From: an uncultured Acidimicrobiia bacterium
GTDB lineage: Bacteria > Actinomycetota > Acidimicrobiia > Spongiisociales > JAOTWH01
Direction of reading: 5' to 3'
Length of the DNA stretch: 64,000 nucleotides
Assembly: GCA_964347285.1 (NCBI GenBank)
Contig: CAYFYE010000003.1
Location: 3,518-67,517 of the forward strand
Below, piece by piece: positions 58,131 through 64,000 of this stretch. Under the pieces are notes generated by a model. That model saw only the letters and a program-made list of their open reading frames with translations. It ran no database searches and was not told the origin of the DNA. The translations under genes were made by a program, and so were the position numbers. Position 1 is the first letter of the stretch; each line of letters opens with the position of its first letter.

Positions 58131-59752
58131 CCCGAGACGGCGACCGCTTTGGCCTCCCGGGCGTGATACGAGGAACGGACCAGAGGACCCGCCTCCACGT
58201 GGGCCAAGCCGAGCCGATCCCCTTCGGCCCGGTATCGGGCGAACTCGTCGGGGTGCACGAATCGGTGCACGGGTCGGTGGCCGGCGGTCGGCCGCAGGTA
58301 CTGCCCGATCGTGACCACGTCCACCCCCACGGCCCGCAGGTCGGCCAGTGCTCCCAGCACCTCCTCTTCGGTCTCTCCCATTCCCACGATGAGGCCGGAC
58401 TTGACGATGCCGGTCGGGTTGTGCCACTTGGCACGGGCCAGCAAGGCCAACGAGCGTCCGTAGTTGGCGGCGGTACGAACATCCCGCTGCAGACGCAGCA
58501 CCGTCTCGGTGTTGTGGTTGAGTACGTCAGGCTTCTCGACCATCACCGTCTCCAATGCCGCCCAATCGCCCTTGAAGTCGGGAATCAACACCTCGACGTC
58601 GCAGTCGGAGACCCGTTCCCGGACCCGACGAATGGTTTCGGCGAAGATTGCGGCCCCTCCGTCGTCGAGGTCGTCGCGGTTCACCGAGGTGAGCACGGTG
58701 TGGCGCAAACCCATTTGGGCTACCGCCTCGGCCGCCCGCCGCGGTTCATCGGCATCCACGTCCCCGGGCCGCCCGGTGGTCACGTCGCAGAAGCCGCACG
58801 CCCGGGTGCAGACGTCGCCGAGGAGCATCAGCGTGGCGGTGCCCGCCCCCCAACATTCGAAGATGTTGGGACAACCGGCTTCTTCACACACCGTGTTGAG
58901 CCCCTGCGACTTCATCAGTGATTTCAGGTTGCGGTATCCCTCTCCCATCCGCGCCTTCACCCTCATCCATTCCGGGCGCTCCGGCTCCCCGGGGAGCCGG
59001 CCGTCGATCAGCACCGGGACCGTCTTGCGTCGCTCGGGCGAGAACGTCCCGCAGGCCAACAGCTCGTCGACTTCGAACGGCCGTCCGGTCCCGCGAGCGA
59101 AGGCGGCCATCTGGGTCTCCGTGTCGAGGTAGCCGAACACCTGGGGGAAGCGGGCCACCACCGCCTCGACCGCCTCCTCGAGGCTGACCCTTCGCCCCAG
59201 GAGCTCGCCCACCGAGGTGACCGGACGATTGGTGATACCGCACGGATTGATGTGGCTGAAGTAGGCGAGGTCGGGGGCGACGTTCAGGGCAAAACCGTGC
59301 ATCGTGACCCGGCGGGACACCCGTACCCCGATGGCGGCCACCTTGCCCCGTTCGGTCCACACCCCGGTGAGCCCGGGCTCGACCCACGCCTCGACCCCGA
59401 GGTCGGCCAGGGAGACGATCAACGCTTCTTCGAGACGGCGCACGTAGCCGACCATGTCCGGCTGGTCGCCGAGGTGCACGATCGGATATCCGACCAGCTG
59501 GCCGGGCCCGTGATAGGTGATGTCCCCGCCCCGGTCCACGTGGTGCAGCTCGGCTCCCACCCGGTCCAGTGCTTCCTGGTCGATCAGCAGGTTCGACCCG
59601 TCGCCGTTGCGACCCACGGTGTAGGTGTGGGGGTGTTCGAGGAGGAGCAGGTAGTCGTCGCCGCGGTCCAGGATCCGGCTTTCATGGATCGCCCTCTGCA
59701 GGTCCCACGCCTCCCCGTACGGGAGCCGGCCCAGCCAGCGGGCACGCAGCAT
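58127..59752 (-). CDS. lipB-lipA: in-frame fusion of octanoyltransferase LipB (N-terminal) and lipoyl synthase LipA (C-terminal)
   Basis: LipB domain (…NPCGI… up to about residue 220) continues without a stop into LipA (RKTVPVL…PEWMRVKA…CEEAGCPNIFEC…CTRACGFC, radical-SAM and auxiliary cluster cysteines). Continuity was verified directly on the DNA at 59040-59200. Confidence 0.8.
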   Translation of the reverse strand: MLRARWLGRLPYGEAWDLQRAIHESRILDRGDDYLLLLEHPHTYTVGRNGDGSNLLIDQEALDRVGAELHHVDRGGDITYHGPGQLVGYPIVHLGDQPDMVGYVRRLEEALIVSLADLGVEAWVEPGLTGVWTERGKVAAIGVRVSRRVTMHGFALNVAPDLAYFSHINPCGITNRPVTSVGELLGRRVSLEEAVEAVVARFPQVFGYLDTETQMAAFARGTGRPFEVDELLACGTFSPERRKTVPVLIDGRLPGEPERPEWMRVKARMGEGYRNLKSLMKSQGLNTVCEEAGCPNIFECWGAGTATLMLLGDVCTRACGFCDVTTGRPGDVDADEPRRAAEAVAQMGLRHTVLTSVNRDDLDDGGAAIFAETIRRVRERVSDCDVEVLIPDFKGDWAALETVMVEKPDVLNHNTETVLRLQRDVRTAANYGRSLALLARAKWHNPTGIVKSGLIVGMGETEEEVLGALADLRAVGVDVVTIGQYLRPTAGHRPVHRFVHPDEFARYRAEGDRLGLAHVEAGPLVRSSYHAREAKAVAVSG

Positions 59753-61242
59753 CACTGCAGCTCCGATTCCCAGTCCCAGGTTTCCAGGTTCTCCTTGATG
59801 CGGCGCAGGAAGAGAACGGCCGTCGATCCGTCGAAGGCCCGGTGGTCCCACGTCAACCCCAGGTAGCCGATGTGGTGTATGGCGATAGCGTCCGATCCAT
59901 CCCCGTCGGTCACCACGGTGGGTCGCTTGACGACCGTGTCGGTGGACAGGATGGCCACCTCGGGCACGTTGATGATCGGTGCCGACATGAAGGAGCCGAA
60001 CGGGCCCGGGTTGGTGACCGTGAACGTGGAGCCGCTGATGTCGTCGGGCTCGAGATTGCCGCTCCGGGCCTTCTCGGCCAGCCGGCGGATCTCACGGGCC
60101 AGGCCGACCAGTCGCAAGCCGTCCGCCCCCTTGATGGGCGTGACGATCAGCCCCTCCTGGTCGAGGTCAACGGCGATGCCCAGGTTGACCTGCCTGTGGA
60201 GAACTCGCTTGCCCTGCTCGACGTAGAAGGAGCTGTTGACCCTGGGAAAAGCGGCCAGGGCGTCGATGGTGGCCCGGGCGATGAACGGCAGGTAGGTGAG
60301 CGAGAACCCCTCTTGCTCCTTGAACGCCTCCTTGTGGGCCCGGCGCACCCGCTCCACCGCCTCGTAGTCCACTTCCACCGCGGTCCATACGTGGGCCGCA
60401 GTCTGCTTGGCCTTGATCATGTTCTCGGCAATGCGCATGCGAAGGCGGTCGATCTCGACCACCTCGTCTCCGGGCAGCTTCGGCACGATCGCCTCGGCCG
60501 CCTCGGCAGCCGCCGGGGTCGGCGCCACCGCCGGGGCGGGGGCGGGGGCCGCCGGCGCGACAAACTCCTCGGCGGGGGCCGGAGCCTCCTCGATCGCGGG
60601 AGCCATCGGCGCCGCGACCTCCGCAGCCGGGGCCTCCACCGAAGGGGGCGGGGCCTCGACCGCCGCAGCTGCACCGCCGGCGGCGATAAAGGCCATCACG
60701 TCCTTGCGGGTGATACGGCCTCCCCGTCCTGTGCCGGTGACCTGGGTGAGGTCGAGGTCGTGCTCGGCGGCCAGTTTGCGGACCACCGGGGACAGGACCC
60801 CCACCGAAGCCGGGGTCGGCTCGGTCACCGGTCCAGGCGGCGGTTCCGGCGTGACTTCCGCTGCCCCCGGCGCCGGGCCCGGCTCGGCGATGGCGGCCGC
60901 AGGGGCCGGCGCGGCAACGGGCTCGGCGGGGACCGGCTCCTCTGCCACCGGCTCGGCCGGAACAGGCTCTGCTGCGGCCGGCTCGACGGCAACGGGCTCT
61001 TCGCCTGCGGCACCGATGGTGGCCAGCGCCGTCCCCACCTCCACGGTCTCTCCTTCGGGAACGAGTATCTCCAGCACCGTTCCCGAAGCCGGAGAAGGGA
61101 TCTCCGTGTCGACCTTGTCGGTGGAGATCTCGAGGAGGATCTCGTCTTCGGCAACCTCGTCGCCGGGCTGCTTGGCCCACCGCAGAATGGTCCCCTCGAT
61201 GACCGTCTCTCCCAGCTGGGGCATCGTGACCGTTACCGCCAT
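59752..61242 (-). CDS. dihydrolipoamide acyltransferase E2 (single lipoyl domain, long Ala/Pro linkers)
   Basis: Lipoyl domain with ...EISTDKVDTEIPSPASG. Peripheral subunit-binding domain. C-terminal catalytic domain with DHRAFDG. Confidence 0.85.
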   Translation of the reverse strand: MAVTVTMPQLGETVIEGTILRWAKQPGDEVAEDEILLEISTDKVDTEIPSPASGTVLEILVPEGETVEVGTALATIGAAGEEPVAVEPAAAEPVPAEPVAEEPVPAEPVAAPAPAAAIAEPGPAPGAAEVTPEPPPGPVTEPTPASVGVLSPVVRKLAAEHDLDLTQVTGTGRGGRITRKDVMAFIAAGGAAAAVEAPPPSVEAPAAEVAAPMAPAIEEAPAPAEEFVAPAAPAPAPAVAPTPAAAEAAEAIVPKLPGDEVVEIDRLRMRIAENMIKAKQTAAHVWTAVEVDYEAVERVRRAHKEAFKEQEGFSLTYLPFIARATIDALAAFPRVNSSFYVEQGKRVLHRQVNLGIAVDLDQEGLIVTPIKGADGLRLVGLAREIRRLAEKARSGNLEPDDISGSTFTVTNPGPFGSFMSAPIINVPEVAILSTDTVVKRPTVVTDGDGSDAIAIHHIGYLGLTWDHRAFDGSTAVLFLRRIKENLETWDWESELQ

Positions 61243-61255
61243 GTCGTGCTCCTCC

Positions 61256-62629
61256 TCAATGCAGGCTCCGCCCGCTGGCAGCCAAGAGCGTCTCGCCCAC
61301 CGCCTCGGCCACCGTTGGGTGGGCGTGGATGAAAGCGGCCGCCTCGGCCGGCAGCGCTTCCCAAGCCACTGCGTACATCAGCTCGTGGATCATCTCGCCG
61401 GCCAGAGGGCCGGCGATCGTCGCACCCAGGATCGGCCCGTCCTTCTGGGCCACCACCTTGACCGTCCCCTGCGCCTCTCCCTGGATGATGGCACGGCCCA
61501 CCCCACCAAAGCCATGGGAGGTCTCCTCCACCTCATAGCCCTCCGCGGTGGCCTGGGCGGCGGAGAGCCCCACAGAAGCCACCTCGGGACGGGAGTAAAC
61601 CACCAGCGGGATGGCCCGGTAGTCCACCGGGGCCGGTGAGCCGGTAGCGATGTGGGTGATGGCGGCGATCCCTTCGGCAAACCCGGCGTGGGCCAGTTGG
61701 GGCGTGCCGGCGACGACGTCTCCGACCGCATACAGGTTTGGCTCGGCGGTCATCATCGTGGCCGGGTCCACTCCGAGGTAGCCGCGCTCGACGACGGCCC
61801 TCGTGGTCTCCAGGCCTATCCCTTCGGTGAGTGGGGCCCGTCCCACCGCCACCAACACTACGTCGGTCTTGACGGTCGTCTCGCCGGCCGAGATCTCGAC
61901 CGACTTCTTCCCGATCCGGGGCGGGGCAACCTCGACGCCGGTCGCCACCTGCACCCCCCGCCTCCGCAGGGCACGGTCGAGCACTTTGGCGGCCTCGGGC
62001 TCCATCCCGGGCAAGACCTGGGGAAGGAGCTCGAACAGGTACACCTCGCTGCCCAAATCGGACAGCAGCGAGGCGAACTCGCAACCGATGGCGCCGGCGC
62101 CGATGATGGCCGCCCGCTCCGGACGCCGCGGCCAATCCAGGGCCTCGTCGGAGGATACGATGCGGTCCCCGTCGAAGTCGTATCCGGAAATGGTGGCCGG
62201 CCTCGACCCGGTGGCGACGATGACGTTGCGCCCTTCGACGACTCGACTGGACCCGTCGGCCGCGGTTACCTCCACCCGACCCGGGCCGGCGAGGCGGCCG
62301 GTGCCTTCTATCACGTCGACGTGGCGTGCCCCGAGCAGCCCGGAGAGGCCTTTGTGAAGCTGGCCGACCACCTTGTTCTTGCGGGCCAAGCCCGCCTCCC
62401 AGTCGAAGGTCGGCTCGGAGGCGATGACCCCGAAGTCGGCGGCGTGCTTCACCTCATCGAAGACCTCGGCCGAATGGAGCCAGCTCTTGGCCGGGATGCA
62501 GCCACGGTGTAGGCAGGTCCCCCCCACCAGATCCTTCTCGATCAGGGCCACCGACAGATCGAAGTTGTGGGCATAGAGGGCGGCGGCGTAACCGCCGGGA
62601 CCGCCTCCGACGATCACTGCGTCGTACAA
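61256..62629 (-). CDS. lpdA: dihydrolipoyl dehydrogenase (E3)
   Basis: FAD motif GGGPGGY, redox disulfide GTCLHRGCIPAK, and C-terminal HAHPT. Confidence 0.9.
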   Translation of the reverse strand: MYDAVIVGGGPGGYAAALYAHNFDLSVALIEKDLVGGTCLHRGCIPAKSWLHSAEVFDEVKHAADFGVIASEPTFDWEAGLARKNKVVGQLHKGLSGLLGARHVDVIEGTGRLAGPGRVEVTAADGSSRVVEGRNVIVATGSRPATISGYDFDGDRIVSSDEALDWPRRPERAAIIGAGAIGCEFASLLSDLGSEVYLFELLPQVLPGMEPEAAKVLDRALRRRGVQVATGVEVAPPRIGKKSVEISAGETTVKTDVVLVAVGRAPLTEGIGLETTRAVVERGYLGVDPATMMTAEPNLYAVGDVVAGTPQLAHAGFAEGIAAITHIATGSPAPVDYRAIPLVVYSRPEVASVGLSAAQATAEGYEVEETSHGFGGVGRAIIQGEAQGTVKVVAQKDGPILGATIAGPLAGEMIHELMYAVAWEALPAEAAAFIHAHPTVAEAVGETLLAASGRSLH

Positions 62630-62705
62630 GAAGCCTCCAGATCCCGATCGAGCCTAGCGCGCCCCCGATCCTGCCCACGATGGCGTCCGGCTACGCTGCG
62701 GCCCC

Positions 62706-62792
62706 GTGCAGACCCGCTACCTGATCCTCGCCTCGGCGCTGGCCGCCCTCGCCATCCTCGCCGCGGCCGCTTGGTATTTCGCCACCCTCTAG
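62706..62792 (+). CDS. candidate 28-aa hydrophobic micro-protein
   Basis: GTG...TAG: VQTRYLILASALAALAILAAAAWYFATL, a single TM helix. No homology claimed. Confidence 0.2.
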   Translation: MQTRYLILASALAALAILAAAAWYFATL

Positions 62793-62831
62793 CGGCCTCC
62801 GAACTCGACCATCCCGCTACGCTCGCCGCCC

Positions 62832-63464
62832 ATGTCGCCCGCCTCCCGGACCGCGGTGACGATCTCGTCGCCCGGCGCCGAACTCGAAGCCCGCTGGGAT
62901 GAACCTCCCCGGGCCCAAGGGGCAGTGGTGTTGTGCCACCCCCATCCCCGCCACGGCGGGACCATGACCGCCCCGCTCATCCATCGGGTGGCCAAACAGC
63001 TCGTCGGCGACGGGCTGGCCGTGCTGCGGTTCAACTTCCGAGGCGTGGGCAACTCGACCGGCCAATGGGGGGGCGGCGACGGTGAGATCGAAGACATCGC
63101 TGCTGCGGTGGCTCACGTCTCGGGTCGCCTCGAGCCGGTTTCCGTCGCCGGCTGGTCGTTCGGAGCGGCGGCCGCCCTGCATTGGCAGGCCCGCAGTAGA
63201 AGCACGATCGCCTACGTCGGTATCGCACCGCCGGTGAACACTGTTCTCGCTCCGGACCTCCCCGATCCGCCGGAACTGGCCGATGCCCGTCGGCTCTTCA
63301 TTCTCGGCGACCGCGATCAATTCACTTCCGAGTCAGAGCTGCGCGACTACGCCGGAACGATTGGGGCACGAGTCGAAATGATCCAAGGGAGTGATCACTT
63401 CTTCCATTTCCGGGAGGAGCGGGTCGGTGCCCTGATGTCCGCCTTCTTCTCCGTGCCTGCCTAG
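62832..63464 (+). CDS. alpha/beta hydrolase fold protein
   Basis: 210 aa. Nucleophile elbow GWSFGA, a C-terminal H, and the typical HPHPRHGG oxyanion region. Confidence 0.55.
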   Translation: MSPASRTAVTISSPGAELEARWDEPPRAQGAVVLCHPHPRHGGTMTAPLIHRVAKQLVGDGLAVLRFNFRGVGNSTGQWGGGDGEIEDIAAAVAHVSGRLEPVSVAGWSFGAAAALHWQARSRSTIAYVGIAPPVNTVLAPDLPDPPELADARRLFILGDRDQFTSESELRDYAGTIGARVEMIQGSDHFFHFREERVGALMSAFFSVPA

Positions 63465-63478
63465 TCCGGTTCGATCTC

Positions 63479-63685
63479 TCAGCCCGGCGGCCGAAAACCC
63501 CGGTTGCGGGCCTCGGCGAGCGTGTCGGGAGCGAAGCTCGACAGCAGGTTGGCCCCGAGGAGATCGAGCTCTTCGCCCCGCTCCTCGAGGGCTTCGAACT
63601 GCTCTTCGTCATCGCAGTCGTAGACCACCATGTCATCACGGGTACCCACGAAGCGGTGCTCCTCGAAGCGGCGCAGGCGGCCCAT
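63479..63685 (-). CDS. small acidic hypothetical protein (68 aa)
   Basis: MGRLRRFEEHRFVGTRDDMVVYDCDDEEQFEALEERGEELDLLG... The ATG overlaps the upstream stop (TGATG). Confidence 0.35.
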   Translation of the reverse strand: MGRLRRFEEHRFVGTRDDMVVYDCDDEEQFEALEERGEELDLLGANLLSSFAPDTLAEARNRGFRPPG

Positions 63686-64000
63686 CAGGTGTCGTTGACC
63701 TCCACAACCGCCTCCGAGACTCCCGCCTCGACCGCCTGCATATCGATCGAGCCCTCCAGGAGGCCCCGGCGAAATTCGATACGCCACTGCTCGTCGTCGC
63801 CGCTCGAGGCGTCGATCACGTAGCCGAGGTTGACCAGCTCGATGCCGTAAAACCGGGCCAGGCCGGCCGGCTCCATCGGAGCCTGCACGGTCATCTCGGT
63901 CCGACCCCGATCGCGGTCGACGACGGTGGCACCGATGACGGCACCCTCGGGAAGGGGGAAGTCGTCGGGGATGGCCGCCGGTATCTCCCCTTCCCCGAGC
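63685..64000 (-). CDS. 3' part of a hypothetical gene that continues beyond the window end
   Basis: Open frame from the window edge to TGA at 63685-63687, translating ...MEPAGLARFYGIELVNLGYVIDASSGDDEQWRIEFRRGL... Coupled to the 68-aa gene downstream. Confidence 0.35.
   Translation of the reverse strand, partial: LGEGEIPAAIPDDFPLPEGAVIGATVVDRDRGRTEMTVQAPMEPAGLARFYGIELVNLGYVIDASSGDDEQWRIEFRRGLLEGSIDMQAVEAGVSEAVVEVNDT

Noticed and set aside
60400-61000. Possible CRISPR or tandem-repeat array suggested by recurring GCC/GGC-rich units; similar PAPAPAPA-coding repeats at 51590..51640
   Set aside because: The repeats are irregular in length and spacing and lie inside coding sequence. They encode Ala/Pro linkers. 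There are no spacer-repeat periodicity and no cas genes.
59569-61332. 587-aa plus-strand ORF and the 60167..61180 minus-strand 337-aa ORF
   Set aside because: Both arise from the Ala/Pro-linker low-complexity DNA of the E2 gene. Gly/Arg-rich translations.

Overview
This is a high-GC (about 70%) chromosomal segment from an actinobacterium. The gene order partly matches Mycobacterium (prfB-ftsE-ftsX-smpB-ssrA, hpf-secA, pmmB-manA, fbiA-fbiB, birA-accD5-accA3, lpd-dlaT-lipB-lipA), but with many lineage-specific insertions. Coding density is very high, and many neighbouring genes overlap by 4 nt (ATGA/GTGA) or 1 nt (TGATG).

What can be supported from the sequence:
- A 12-haem membrane-anchored c-type cytochrome.
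- tmRNA plus smpB.
- prfB with the canonical +1 programmed frameshift.
- ftsEX followed by an intact coiled-coil M23 peptidase.
- A four-gene hpf / response-regulator / HEAT / HD-GYP operon directly upstream of secA.
- An ahcY / mannose-activation / glycosyltransferase block: GT2 genes, a GT-C-like membrane protein and a DUF5719-like protein.
- F420 genes cofD and cofE.
- A propionyl-CoA carboxylase, methylmalonyl-CoA mutase and B12 adenosyltransferase block.
- A class A PBP with PASTA domains.
- A 2-oxoacid dehydrogenase E3-E2 operon ending in an in-frame lipB-lipA fusion.

No transposases, integrases, CRISPR arrays, rRNA or tRNA genes were seen. The long antisense ORFs in the six-frame track are high-GC artefacts.
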